From positions 155,062,001-155,126,000 of the forward strand of contig OX597815.1 of the NCBI GenBank assembly GCA_951406725.2: 64,000 bases of DNA, written 5' to 3'. The position numbers were made by a program, and so were the translations under genes. Below are positions 27,106 through 41,835 of this stretch, piece by piece. The first letter of the stretch is position 1. Each line of letters opens with the position of its first letter. The notes under the pieces were generated by a model. It had not been told where the DNA came from, did not search any database, and saw only the letters and a list, made by a program, of their open reading frames with translations. The stretch comes from Octopus vulgaris. Lineage: Eukaryota.

Positions 27106-30100
27106 TCCGAAAATTTACTCGAAGCATAAATAATAATCCACATATTAAGTCTTTAAGGTAGCTTGATAATTCCCTCTGAACGACGAGAAATAATATCGCA
27201 GTTAATTACTGAGTCTTTCTCTCAAGAAAAATATCATTGTGGAATGAAGAATGGGAGTCGAAAGTTTTATTGAAACCTGGAATTAATTTAACAGACGGTA
27301 GATTTGATGCCGAATGATCAATTTGTTCTAGAGATGGTGAGTATTTTGACAAATCAAAAGGTGGGACAATGTCTGCTACTTGTTCAACTCAACTAAAAAT
27401 CCCATTTAGGTGTTCAGACAATTTTCACAAGGACAAGACCAATGGAAAGTAACTAAATAGTTGGGATGACGCCGACTGGAGACTAAAAAGGAAACAAATG
27501 ATTATGCGGCATTAAAAGTGCAGAGTATAATTAATAAATTTCTCCCAAATCAACACATTTATACTGTGATTCTGGAAGGTCTTGTGACATTAAGCTAACA
27601 ATACTGGACTTCAATATTGTCCCGTTTACTCTCGCATATTGTCTATTATCGCCACAGTTTTAAGGAATGACTGCTTTTCGCAATTTCTAAATGGTTTAGA
27701 AACTGTTGCACTTCCATTTCCACAAATATGTCACAGTATTATCAAAGAAATCCCAACGGGAAAAGTGCTTTGAGTCATCGAACATTGATATACGAAGTGA
27801 TGCCAGCACATTGAAAAGCAAAAGAATAACTTCACTTATTCATCTGCTGCAACTGAAATATGTTTCCACTATACCAACTGTCTGAATAAATTCATTGAGA
27901 TATGCTTCATTGCTCGAGTAGCCATTACGAAGTGTTAAACAATAGAATTGGTTTTAGTTCAGTGAATATCCAACAGTCATAGCTCACTTCATGAACATTC
28001 ATATTTGTTTTGTCTTTGCAGAATTCAAGATTCTTCTCACAGCTAGGTGACACAAGAATTTTGTTGTTTAGTTGTGTTGAACAGCACATACGCGATAAGA
28101 CATCGCTTTTCCTTAGAAAGTTCAGCTTACCAGCTCTTTCTGTTTGCATTTACGAGATAAATCAAACATAAATCATACACTTTTTTAAAATTTAAAATGT
28201 CAATAGAGTGTCTTCTTAAAACAAGTATCGCCACTTAAATAAATATCCCATAACTGGAGTAACGTCTTTCTCAATAGGAGGGTACAGAACCTAATTTTTA
28301 GCACATGGTGGAAGAACTAAATGCAACTGTGATGTCGTAACTAGAACAGTGACTGACGTATAGTTAAGAGCGGTAAAAAGAATAGATTTGTACACAGAAT
28401 GGAAGCAAGCGTTTTCGATATCGATTTTTATATTTTCGAAAGCAGAAACAGTTTCTTGAGAAATGGAGAAATGTATTTTTATTAAGGGGCTTTCTCAAAC
28501 TGTTAGATGTGACACCCATTTGTTATAATAAACCAACAGCCAATGATTCATTTCAAGTTCCTTTTTAGCAGTAACAAGTTTAGAACATTTAAGGAGAAGG
28601 AATCTACTAGGCTCAGGATTTCTTAAGTAGTCTTCACTATGCAATAATCAAGGAAAATTGAACATAACCATTATATATTAGATTTAACAACAAGAATGTA
28701 AAATCAAAATAATATCGATTAGTACTTGTAAGATCTTATTTATTTGAAACCTTTAACCTTCAGATTACATACCTACATACAAGCATGCATACATACACAC
28801 ACATACACACACGCACATATATAATATCTATGTATATATGTATACATAAATAGGAATATATACATATACGTACATTTATATATATATATATATACACATA
28901 CATATACATCTATCTATGTATCTATCTATGTATCTATCTATATATATATATATATGTGTATATATATATATATATATACATACATATATGTATACATGTA
29001 TGTATACATAAATATATGTATATATATATATATGTATACATATGTGTAAATATGCGCATACATATATATACATGTGTGTGTGTTACAACTGCCTACATCA
29101 ACGACCGCCAACATATTTTTAAACATTATCCTGGCACTGTCCCTGCATCTACACGGCGCCAGGGTGAAAAGTCAGACTCAACATATTAATTTTCTTATGT
29201 AGAGATCATGAAAAATTACAGTAAATGGCAGCTTTTATGCGTAAAATAGTAACTATAGGAAAACCTTGAAATCATTCCAAAGGCCTCTATTTCACAACAG
29301 TATACATTGTTCAAACACCAACAGCGATATGCTTTCCAACGCAAAAGTCGTTTCCGGGAAAGTCGCAAAATGTTCCCTCTCCCTATTAATGTTAGCAGCC
29401 AAATCTCTCTTAACTAATATCTTATCCTCTTGGAAAAAGAATACATTGGATAATGTACTCTTGGTACGTTGTCCAATAGGATAAATGTATAAAAATGACT
29501 GTATGGTCATGGTTTGAACGCTTGTTACCATAATACCTCTATCAGATACGATTTGGTCTCCAGCAAACTATTGCCGAATATTATCCCAAATAGTAACCCT
29601 AACCTCTAAATTTTACACATATCTCAACTCAGTATTCCATTAAAATACTATGTTTCTTCAGCGAAAATCACTAACAATAGTAAGAATCTTTCTATTCTAA
29701 TATATATATATTTAGTGTTATATTAAGTGTAAGATATACAACTAAAGAAGGACTAGATATGAATAAATCGACATCGCCACCAAAGCAAAATGTAGCGCAA
29801 TTATATCGAGAGAAGCAATCTTCAGTGACGCCAGAGTATTATGTAAAATTTTACTGCTTATGGAAGAACAAGAGAATGGAACCAAGCAGAGTGTGTACAT
29901 GGTCAAACGATTTGCCATAAAATATCTTTCAGAAAAGAAGGATACTTTAAACATTGCAGTAAAATATCGAATAACGCTGATTAACAAAGAATTTCCATAG
30001 GAAATGATGTGGGTTGGACTAGAAACCGTTTTTGATACCGGCTTCAAAACTGTTTTTAGTTAATAGTAGCACATAGAGTATTTGAGATTAGTGAAATTAT

Positions 30101-30179
30101 GTTAGTTATAATTATAATTAAATTTTAAATATTTTATATTTTTCAGATTATTTCTTCAGATCATTGCCATTTTATCAGC

Positions 30180-31910
30180 ATGCTTCGTGAATATAAAAAT
30201 CATTCAGAATCTTTCTGTTTAGTTTGTGGTACTTTTACAGCTAAGACACAACAACGAACTATTACAAGAGATCTCATACAGCATTCGAGATATACCTTGG
30301 TTGTCATAGAGACAAGCTATGGCTGCTACAGCAAATTAACCCTGTTTGTTCAAGCGGATTAGGCGATCGTTGAATAGAAAGAAACGATCAATGCTATTTC
30401 CATAACCGTAATATCAAGAGAACAAATACGTCATACTACTGAGAGATATGTTTGTAGCATTTACGCAATTTTGTTTGCTGCAAAGAACAAACATAAAACT
30501 GTCTATCCAAACCTGTAATAATATGTAAAGCAGTCCAGCATGAAGAAACAATGCGTTTGTCCTTTCGATCAAATGATGGAGCAGCTTCTGTAGATAATGA
30601 AATAGACATCAATGAAGGTGCGAGTATTAAAGGTACTAGGCTTTCGATAAGTCTTGAATATATATCTGAAGAAACTTTGAAGTCATTGTTATTTACTCAA
30701 AAACCTTTCATGTATATTTTAGAGATTTATCGCTGTCTAAAACGAAAGCAATGTTGCCTCTCGTCTCAAGACTAAAGGAAGGTAGTTTAATTGACTAAGC
30801 TGTGCAAATTGTAATGAGTGGACTTCTCTGCTATGAACACTCCTTAAACTTGTCTCAGATAATGAAGCATCATCTGAGTGGTGCCTTTTTATTATCTCAT
30901 CCGACAGTAATTTGAAAGCAGTTGTACAGGATAACAAGAATATAAAACTATGCAAATTCACTGTCTACTCCGTCCACCTTAAGGAATTATGATGACATTC
31001 ATATTCTATTTGATGTCATTTTGAACTTCGTTCATCAATCAAATCTCTGTGGAATTCACAACTACTGGCATAATTAACTAAATAATGTTTTACTTTATGC
31101 CTTGGAAGCTGTCGAGCAACAATCGGTCACTCTATTAACCATAACTAATCATTAAGAATAGCATACATCACAAGATATAAGCCGTGTCCGATCCTCAGAA
31201 GATATAACGTGTTTAATTGTGTTTTGCTAAAGCAATAGATAAAATAAAGTCAAGAGCATTTCAATATCAGTTTAAATAAGGAGAAAAGAGAAAGCCCTCA
31301 AATGTGAGCGCGGCAATTTAAAGGAAGGAATTTGTGCGTCCCCAAATTAGAAAGGATTTAAAAGATATAGAAATTGAACAAACCCTCAATGAAGTGAAAT
31401 TAAAAGCTTAACAAGAATTAAAATAACGATCTAAAGTTTCTCGCAGAAGTAACTCCTCTACAGATGAAAGTTTAGTGGAACTGCTTCAATAGCTCAGTTA
31501 GGTAAAGTTTCTCTCTCGCATCATGCCAACTCATAAGGGCCGGTTTCCCGCTTTCATGGCATATAAACCTCCCACCTGGATGGGATGCTGGTCCATCGCA
31601 GGATTACTCATTTTTGCCAGTTGAGTGGACTGGAACAACGTGAAATGAAATGCTTTACTCAAGAACACAACACGTCACCCAGTCCAGGAATAGAAACCAC
31701 AATCTTACGATCATGTGTCCAACACCTTAATCACAAACCACTTTGATACCTACAAAAGAAATGGGAAGCGGTTGTTATAAAACATATCTCATCGCGATTA
31801 CTTTGCCAAAAAATCTTGGAGCAGTAAGCGATACGGAAAACAAAGCCATCAATATATTTACATTATAGAAACACGATATCATTCCAAAACGAAAGTATGC
31901 TTCCTAGTGC
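30180..31910 (+). pseudogene. Highly decayed DNA-transposon transposase (superfamily not assigned), interrupted by a SINE
   Basis: N-terminal 'KNHSESFCLVCGTFT..QQRTIT', middle 'LKEGI/FVRPQIRK..D..IEQTLNEV..KA', C-terminal 'PKNLGAVSD...HQYI.IIETRY'. These are collinear with a widespread invertebrate transposase family (F-C-Y-I-C-G ... KEGIFVGPQIR ... NLGAVSDE.GERFHQDI). Confidence 0.6.
31510..31735 (-). mobile_element. SINE family D (V-domain-like core)
   Basis: Reverse complement contains 'aatcctgcgatggaccagcatcccatccagg', resembling the V-SINE central domain; homologous copy at 48750-48992. Confidence 0.75.
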
Positions 31911-31998
31911 AATTTTATAAAATCATATTTAATAAATGTTCGTCAACTGCATATCTGTCTAATGGAATCAAGATATAAAAATAATATTATAAATATCT

Positions 31999-32262
<264 letters not shown>

Positions 32263-33221
32263 TTAGACATATGCTGTGTTTTTGTTCAAGCAATAAAGAA
32301 ATTTTCTATAAAATATAATTTAATACATCTTACGTAATGATCAAATTGAGAAAAATAAACAATGTAATATTTGGAAAACTAGGTGCGCCCGAAAAAAAAA
32401 CTTATAAAAAGATTTGAAATTAGTATAGAAAACGCATTCCGAAAACACTAATTTCATCTCCGGTGTTTATTTTGCTGACCATTGTAATGGGAAAGTGAGT
32501 CATAGCTATAATTCATTTAATCGTAAATCTTTTCATTCAATGCAGCAACAGAAACATTAAATTCTTGAATATGATTTACAAAGTTGCAGTGAAAATCCGA
32601 TTCCCCTTAGTAAAACTTTTAATATAACTTGATAAACAATAGTCGCATAGGCGCAGCAAACACATATTTTCCTTCAAAGTGAAGGACTTCAGTTAGGTAA
32701 TCCTACTTCAAACATGCAGGGCTAGGAAAGATCTTATAGAATGGGTTACTTTTCATTTTTATTCCGCTCTACAGGCAAACTTGTACACTCTGTAAGAAAA
32801 GCATCGAAAGACTCGCCAGCTTTAAAATACTGTTTCATGACGGTGTCTCTATGTGGCCAGCCGACATACCAGAAGTAGCAGCCGAACATCAGAATCTCAT
32901 TCATATCAACTCTTGTTTTTGCAAGTGAAAGGATATATTTGATAATGTAGTCTGGGTTTGACAATACTTAGGAAAATAAAGATTACATGGTCACGGCTAT
33001 AAAGCATTTGACTACAGGTCATAGCGCAAACAATATGAACCTAGAGATGTACATTAACAACAGCAGCAGCAAGAAACTACACGAACTCGATTGCCGGAAT
33101 ATTTATTTAGTATGTCAAAAGCAAAAGCAATATTGCAGGCATATGTGAACTACCAGCTAGTTCTCTTGTATCACACAAACACACAGACACACATAAACAT
33201 ACACACACACACATACATACA

Positions 33222-33252
<31 letters not shown>

Positions 33253-33503
33253 TTACATACAAATGTATGTGTGTGTGTGTGTGTGTGTGTAGTGAACAAG
33301 TACGGACGGACAGTTCGAAACATCACTACACACGTTGCAATAGCATTAGTTATTTCCAAATACGACGTTTATTACATAACATATTAGATAACATTACGTA
33401 AATTCGCATTGTTGCATAACCACTCCAGCTCAAACAGTGGAATCATCTGAGATACTTTCGGATCAATCTGCTTTGCTAAACTCTATAAGTATGCATATGT
33501 ATG

Positions 33504-33592
<89 letters not shown>

Positions 33593-33979
33593 TAGGGATA
33601 TATACCTTGAATAAAACCGAGGTGTGCTGCGTTCTGTTAATTAATAATTTTTAAAATGAATTGTACTTGCACAAACGTAAAACAGACACAGAATGGCAAG
33701 CTAAAAAGCATATATTAAATGTAAAGACGAATGGAGTACAGGCACAGAAGATCCCCAATTCCAGAGAGCCTAACGCAATTTCGTGCATTTAACGATAATA
33801 TTGTTTTCCAGCTGGAGGCACATGCAAGAGGTGAACGGAATATAAACTGAGAACAGACAAACAATACATGGATAACAAACTATACAGAAGTTGACGGACG
33901 CAGGAAGAAACGAAATAAATAAAAAACAAATTAACACATATACACACATATATATATTTCTTTACCACTGCAGATATAG

Positions 33980-34101
33980 AATCAGAGCCGGCGACGATAA
34001 ATTACATCGATATAAAGGAAGACGATGTAATAAAGGCTATAGATGAAATGAAAATAGACTCAGCTATTGGCCCCGATGGATTCCCGGCAATCCTCCTAAA
34101 A
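33980..34101 (+). mobile_element. Short LINE ORF2 fragment (region just upstream of RT)
   Basis: '[33 protein letters not shown]' carries the conserved GPDG motif of APE-type LINEs. Confidence 0.7.
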
Positions 34102-34513
34102 GTATTTCTGAGTATGCATGTAAGTATGAACATAAGGAGGCGCGTGTGTGTGTGTGTATGTGTAAGCATATGTATAGATATATGTATACTTTTACGCATG
34201 TGTGTACTTATGTGTATATATGGATGCGCGTGTGTGTGTGTGTGTATGGGTACGCATGTATATGTGTATGTGTGTGTATGTGTATATGTGTATGTATGTG
34301 TGTGTGTATATATGTATATGTATGTATGTATATGTATGTATGTGTATATATATATATATATACATATATGTATATATGTATATATATGTATGTGTATGTG
34401 TATGTATATGTATGTGTATGCATGCGCGTATATGTATGTATATGTATACGTGTGGGTGTGTGTATGTGTATATATGTATGTATGTATGGGTGTATGTATG
34501 TATGTATATATAC

Positions 34514-34575
<62 letters not shown>

Positions 34576-34975
34576 TTGTATATAGATGTATATGTATGTG
34601 TGTATATATATTTATTGGTGTATATGTATAGACTAGTCCTCTAAGCGTGTAGACATGAATCTGTAGGTACGCGTACGTATGTGTATATATGTGTGTGTGT
34701 GTATGTATGTGTGTATGTATATGTTTGTGTGTGTGTGTATATATGTATACATATGTGTATAGGTATAAGTGAGAATCTCCTTATTTACCTAAAACTCTAT
34801 TCTTCTATATATTTTTTTATTCTTTTATTTATTCTTTTATCTAATTTACCACTGACTCCTTGACCACTCCCCCAAGTATGATATTTTTGCGCTATGCCTA
34901 CCCCCAAAAAGTCCCCCACCACCACCCCTTTAAACCTGCCTAAATGTATAAATGCAAATACAATTCTTGTTAACT

Positions 34976-35026
34976 AGCTTCCTGAAGATTTCTCTTGAAT
35001 GAAACAGTTCTAGTCCTGTAGAAGCT
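34976..35026 (+). ncRNA. Type I hammerhead ribozyme
   Basis: agcttc CTGAAGA tttctcttgaat GAAA cag-ttctagtc-ctg TA gaagct. 6-bp stem I, intact core, weak stem II, 4-bp stem III, GUA cleavage triplet; (TA)n starts about 6 nt later. Confidence 0.75.
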
Positions 35027-35028
35027 CC

Positions 35029-35084
<56 letters not shown>

Positions 35085-35580
35085 TTAGATATGATTCGAC
35101 CAAAGATTGGTCTAGGCCATGTCTAACTTAATAGCACCACTTGATAGGGTTATTTGAATCCTGTTTAAGTCAAGTTTTGTTTATGGTCCATTCATATATA
35201 TTTTTTTTTATGAAATCCAAGTAATAAGGTGAATCTAGTCCAGCGTTGCTCTGGTTTACTGTCCGTAAAAATATTATTCATGAAGTCGAGATATTTGCAG
35301 TTTTTCATTACATAGTGTTGGCTACAATCTATAGATATTTTCTATAACACTGTACAGAAGTGAAGTAAAATGTTGCTGATACACAAATAATCTGCGACTA
35401 AAATTATCTTCAAAACATACGCAAGATCTATCTGATACCCTCTTTATTCACCACCCCACCCCTACACATATATATATACATATTCATACACACATAAGTA
35501 TATATGCATATGTATATTTATACATATGAATATATACATGTGTGTGTGTGTGTGTGGTGTTTGTGATTGGATGTTTGTAT

Positions 35581-35676
<96 letters not shown>

Positions 35677-35884
35677 AATACATATACATATAATATATCT
35701 ATATATATATATATACACTCAGATTTATACATATAAATATATTCATGTATAAATGAATTCGTAGAGAGAGTGAGTGGGTAGAGAAGAATTATGTGATCGT
35801 ACAAGTATAAGTCAGTTGTTAAGGTAGATTCCCCTCTATGGTTGTAATTTCATGACTGAAATGAATTAGGATGAAATAGATAAT

Positions 35885-36374
<490 letters not shown>

Positions 36375-36986
36375 CTTATTCGCTGTTTCTTTATAATTCG
36401 TCCAAATTATCGCAATATCTTCGCCAAATTCTTAGAAAACTGGGAATTATATAAAAGCATGTTTGCGTATTTATGCCTGCGCACGTTTGCCTGTGTTGTT
36501 GTTTGTTTATATTGTAGAAGCCTATATATATATATATATATACATATTTTTTTTTTATATATATGTATGTATATATATATATATATATATATGTACATAT
36601 ATATATGTGTGTGTGTGCGTGTATGTGTGTATGTTGTGTATGTATATATGTGTGTGTGAGTGTGTGTGTGCGTGTATGTGTGTATGTTTGTGTATGTGCA
36701 CCGATAACATAAAATATATCGACATACAGGTGTGTGCATAAATGTATGGAAATATATAGATGAAACTGCACATATATATATACATATATATACACACGTA
36801 TATATGTCGTGTGGTGGGGTATAGATTGATATAGATATACAAAAGCATACTCGTTGCACATATAAGCACATACACACATACACAGACATATATGCTATTA
36901 GCCTTTCCGGTGCTATTTATACGGACATGTTGCAATATGTTGGCCAAAAGTATAAGTTAACAGCATATTATATGTATGTATATATG

Positions 36987-37020
<34 letters not shown>

Positions 37021-37414
37021 TGTATGTATGTATGTATGTATGTATATATGTGTGCGTGCGCGCATGTGTGTATGTAAGTGTATTTATGTGTGTATGTGCA
37101 TATATATATGTGTATGTATATATGTATGCATGCATGTATGCATGTATGTATGTGTATGCATGAATGTTTATACAATATATATATTTATTTATATGTATAC
37201 ATACAGCAACATACATATGTATTCTCAAAGCAACATACATGTTGTTGTGCTACTGCGTTTTTTTCTTTCATTGTCATACTGTACCACAGGAAATATATTT
37301 CTGGATTTTAGCCAACATATCCGGGGACAAAGAAAAACTTTTCGATTATTGATGAAATCTCACCGAATAAGTGAATCGAGTCCGGCGTCACTTTCTTTCT
37401 GTCTTAAAAAATAT

Positions 37415-37630
37415 TGATTTCAAATTTTGGCAGAAGGCCAGCCATTTCGAGGTAAGGTGTAAATCACTTACAACGATCCCAGTGTTTCACTAGTTCTTAT
37501 TTTAGCGACCCTGAAAGGATGAATGGCACAGTCGACTTCAGTGGAATTTTAACTAAGAATGTAAGGAAGAACGAAATGCTTAACAGCATTTCTGCCGGCT
37601 TGTAACGGTTGTGCCAGTTCCCCGCCTTTC
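37415..37630 (-). mobile_element. SINE family B
   Basis: 'gaccctgaaaggatgaatggcacagtcgacttcagtggaatt'. Confidence 0.75.
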
Positions 37631-37779
37631 TGTCTCTGAAAACATTATTATGTCAAGATATTTACATTTGTCTATTATATAGTGTTGGCTACAATTTCTA
37701 GATATATTCCGTAATACAGTATATAAAGGAAGCAAAATATTTGTGGACAAAATTGCAAAATTTTATTGATGTATTCTGT

Positions 37780-38335
37780 AGTGCAACCGCTGGGCAGCTG
37801 ATTTCTACTACCATACACAGCTTCTCTCCTTGTCCCAAATCACTATGTCAGCTCTATTATGTTTACATTTTATTGAGGTTTTCACTGGGTCATTCCACCA
37901 GTAGTCCATATTATGAGTGGATATAGTCTCTACCATACAGTGGGTACTTATTTCTTTGGCCTCGGGCTTATCTTTCCGTCGGATCCAATTGCACAGTGGC
38001 CTGGCTACAACATCATGTTTCACCGGTAGATAATACCACGATGATATTTTTTGAAAACTGCTTATAATATGGCTGATATGTTCGGTGTTAACTCCACAGA
38101 GTTTGCATTGGTTATCGCATTTTGCTATTTTCTCTTTTGTATCTCCGTCCCTTTTGTGCATCAGGTATTTGGTCGACATTTCCTGTTCCTTCAATGTGGG
38201 AGTTAGTAATCCGATTATTGGTCCAAGATACACTGCTTTGATTACTAATGTTATAGAATCATACGGCATCTTTGGGCATGTATTCAACGTTATTTGACAA
38301 AGAATACTGCCCAATGAGCTGCTTTTCAAGTCTCA
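37780..38335 (-). mobile_element. RLE-type non-LTR fragment (CCHC zinc finger plus RLE start), probably same family as 2340-2880 and 57560-58270
   Basis: 'EQEMSTKYL...CKLCGVNTEHISHIISSF...YYLPVKHDVVAR...YWWNDPVKTSIKCKHNRADIVIWDK', then after a frameshift 'KLCMVVEISCPA'. Confidence 0.8.
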
Positions 38336-38358
38336 TGATATATGCATGCACATATGTA

Positions 38359-39260
38359 TTGGGTCATCCCATAAGTAATACGGTGTTTTCAATTGCATGA
38401 GCTAAAATTCATAAGGGACGGCATAAACTACCTGCATCAACTTGCTATAAAAGCAGGTAGGAATGTTACCTTATTCTTATTTTTAATGCAAGTTTTGAAC
38501 AGTCCAGTTCGATTTTAACAGTTATTTTTTCAAAGCTATATTGGAAGTGACAAAGGAATACATTCGGCATATTTTGCATTATGATTTCAATAAAGGCAAC
38601 AATGCAAGGGGAAGTGCGAGAAATATTATTGCAGTATATGGGGATCAGACAATAATCGTAACCAATGTCAACTGTGGTTCCAGAAATTCCGAGCCGGCAA
38701 CTCTGGCCTAGAAGACGAGCCTCGTCCAAGAAGATCTGTAGAGCTCGACGATGACGTCCTGCAAACCCTGATGGAACAAAATCTCATCGTAACTGTTGAG
38801 GAACCAGCAGAGAAGCTTGGATTTGGCCATTCAACCAGTCATTCAAGTCAGCACTAGAAGAAAAACGAACATCTTTGGTTTCAAAACACAAGGTGTTCTT
38901 CCATCAAGATAATGCTCTACCACATAGAGAGACGAAGACATTCCAAAGGCAGGAGCAGTTTGAATGGGAAACGATGCCCCACCTACCGTATTCGCCGGAC
39001 ATTGTCTCATCTGATTATCATTTATTTCACAGTCTTCAGAATCATTTGGATGGAAAAAGTACGAGATCAGAATAATAGTGGAGGAGTATTTTCCTCGTGG
39101 ACAAGTGAATTTTAGAAGAGGGGCCTTGTAAGTCAACTAGGTAGATGGAAGAGCATTGCAGAAAATGAAGGAGAGTATATTTTAGATAAAGTACTTTGTT
39201 TATCTTAATTTTCAAAAATAAAAGTATAAAGAAACCCGCATTATTTATGGGAGGACTCAA
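38359..39260 (+). mobile_element. Internally deleted mariner element (same family as 11141-12052)
   Basis: TA|ttgggtcatcccataagtaa ... cattatttatgggaggactcaa|TA; remnants 'FHQDNALPH' and 'PHLPYSPDIVSSDYHLFHSLQNHLDGK'. Confidence 0.92.
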
Positions 39261-39270
39261 TATATACATT

Positions 39271-39304
<34 letters not shown>

Positions 39305-39596
39305 AAAACATAAAAGAATAACAAGATGGGAAAAGATAGTACTTGAATAGCTAAGGTAGGGTTATATGCCTTTATTAAAGCTGCAAAATCTTAGCAAAAA
39401 CTTACCAGCTTACTTACTCCTCCCCTCTTATAGCCCACATCAGTTGCTGTTGTTTTCATTTCTTCCTCTCTCTTGCTTCGTTCTCTCGATTCTTTCCTTC
39501 CACTTCCTCACTTTAATTTCTTCCTCAACCCCATACCCTGACTATCAAATATCGCTATCATTATTCCCTTTTCTTTTCGTTCTTTTCTTTTGTATT

Positions 39597-39643
39597 TCGG
39601 CCAGAGTTCTTTCGTCACACTTTTGTGACCTAATCAGTGCTCC
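39597..39643 (-). ncRNA. Degenerate hammerhead-like motif
   Basis: Minus: gca CTGATtA ggtcac aaaagt gtgac GAAA gaactctggcc. Confidence 0.45.
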
Positions 39644-39755
39644 TTTGCTTTCTCCTTTATTTTGTTTTGTGTCTCTCTTTAGTAACGATCCTCCATACAA
39701 AATAGCAGATCGGTAGTAAGGATGACACAAGAAAAAAAAAGAAAGACGAAAGCAA

Positions 39756-39801
39756 TGGCCTCTGATGAAGTCACAGAAATGCTACGAAAGAACTCTGACC
39801 A
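39756..39801 (+). ncRNA. Degenerate hammerhead-like motif, inverted paralogue of 39597-39643
   Basis: tggcct CTGATGA agtcacagaaatgctac GAAA gaactctgacca. Confidence 0.45.
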
Positions 39802-39999
39802 AAATACAATTAATATAAAATAAAACTCAACCAAGTGAACACCAAATATATAGTGCGTGTGTTTTCATTGGCTAAACTGGCAACATGACCATCCCCAAAA
39901 ATATTATTTGTTTCAACCCACGAATTCACATCAAGAATCTTGCAAAACGAATATATATATATATATATATGCATGTGCGTACGTGTGTGTGTATAGTAA

Positions 40000-40480
40000 T
40001 AGATAACGGTTTAAAAGTCAGGAGAACTGTCTTGTTAAGATCTAGTTCCCAATAATCCACACTTATCGTGTATTTATTGAGTACCTTATTAATGTGCAGA
40101 TATTTGTATTATGAGATGATGGCCTTTATATGTGTGATCATGTTTCTTTCGAATTTCGAAATCAATGGGCAAACGAAGTGATTTTATTGAAAGCATTGTG
40201 TAAAGTGAAAACAAGGACTGACTGGTGAATTGGGTTCGATTTTGTGTCAGGATTTGATCAATATACCGTGAAATACTTAGCGTGTAGGGTGAGTGGTTAT
40301 GGGTGACAACAGGAAATTATATTCAGAAAAGAGCTAGAATAGTTGACCTTTAGGTATAGAATGACAAGGAAAAAATTGAAAAGACGAAAGCGAGAAAGAC
40401 TTGAAATTGAGATGTAAATGTATTGACTGATATGTCAAAGGTCATTGGAGTAGTAGTAACTGAGATGGGGTGAACGGAGT
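40000..40480 (-). mobile_element. Highly decayed PLE remnant
   Basis: Minus-strand 'HSIPKGQLF*L' resembles the PLE RT-thumb motif SIP..Q..RL; lies upstream (sense) of the 39597 HHR-like motif. Confidence 0.4.
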
Positions 40481-40839
40481 AAAATAACCCATTAAAAATA
40501 AATAATATCCATGCATATATATATATATATTAAATACACATAAAATAAATACAGGAAATTGAGAATAGACCGGAAATTGGGTATAGACCGGAAATTGGGT
40601 AGAAGACACATTATAAACATCAATAAATATATTATGAACCTCAATATAGGCTATCTATAATAAAAAAGAATTAATAAAAAGACAGGGAATAAATATTAAT
40701 GTAATGCTTTAAAATGAACTAAATGAAATAAAATAAATGATAGTTTTTATAAAAGAATAGATGGCATATATAGTAGAGGAAGTTTGGGGAGGTAAATTGA
40801 GATTAGCCACAGGTCCAAACATACACACCCATACATACA

Positions 40840-40875
<36 letters not shown>

Positions 40876-41303
40876 CACACATACGCATTTACTATTGTTT
40901 GCTTATAAGCATAGATCTATATATGTGTGTAAGTATGGTTGTGTGTGTGTATGTGTATTTATTTGTATTTGTATGTGTAAGGAATTGAAGGATTATTCAA
41001 TAGTTTTCAATATTGTTTTTTTTTATATTTACTTACAAGGAAAATAAAGGTAGTTAATTCGAAGTATAGTCTATATAGCTTTCATTGGACAATCTATTAA
41101 AGACTATATACTTCGAAGTAACTGTCAACGTTTACCTTTAACAATATAATTATATGTGTGTATGTTTGTATGTTGTTTGATTTCGTGTGTTTTTATGTAC
41201 ATAGATGGAAATATATCATTCAGTGAGTGTATTTACTCACACGCGCACACAGACACACCCACACACACGTGCACGCACACCCACGCACACACACGCGCGC
41301 ATA

Positions 41304-41346
<43 letters not shown>

Positions 41347-41419
41347 ATACGCACACACACACGCACATGGATGCACACACACACAAATAATATATTATAT
41401 ATGTTCTATATTATACCTT

Positions 41420-41800
41420 TTTTCTTTTACATGTTTCAGTCATTTGACTGTGGCCTTAAAGGGTTTTAGTTGAAGAAATCAACTCCAGGACATATCTTTT
41501 GTCAGCTTAGTGCTTATTCTATCGGCCTCTGTTGCCAAAACGTAAACACACCAACCTCGGTTTTCAAGCGATGGTGGGGGGGACAAAGACACACACACAC
41601 ACACACAAAAATATATTTTCATACATATATATGTGTTTGTGTTGTTGTGTATATATATATATATATTTGCGATGTGCTTGTTTCAGTTTCCGTTTACCAA
41701 ATCCATTCACAAGGCTCACTTGCCCAAGGTGCAGCGCTGTTGGACTAAATCCGGAACCATGTGGTTGGAAAGAAAGCCTCTAATCATTCAGCTATGACTG
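41420..41800 (-). mobile_element. SINE family A
   Basis: 'tgtttcagtcatttgactgtggcc...tttcagtttccgtttaccaaatccattcacaaggc...ccggaaccatgtggttggaaag'. Confidence 0.85.
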
Positions 41801-41835
41801 TACATATATATTATATATATGTTGTATGTGTATAG

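Noticed and set aside
27300-29600. Possible hAT transposase remnants on minus strand
   Set aside because: Only isolated short motifs (e.g. 'VFEQCILL*NRGLW'); too weak without a profile search.
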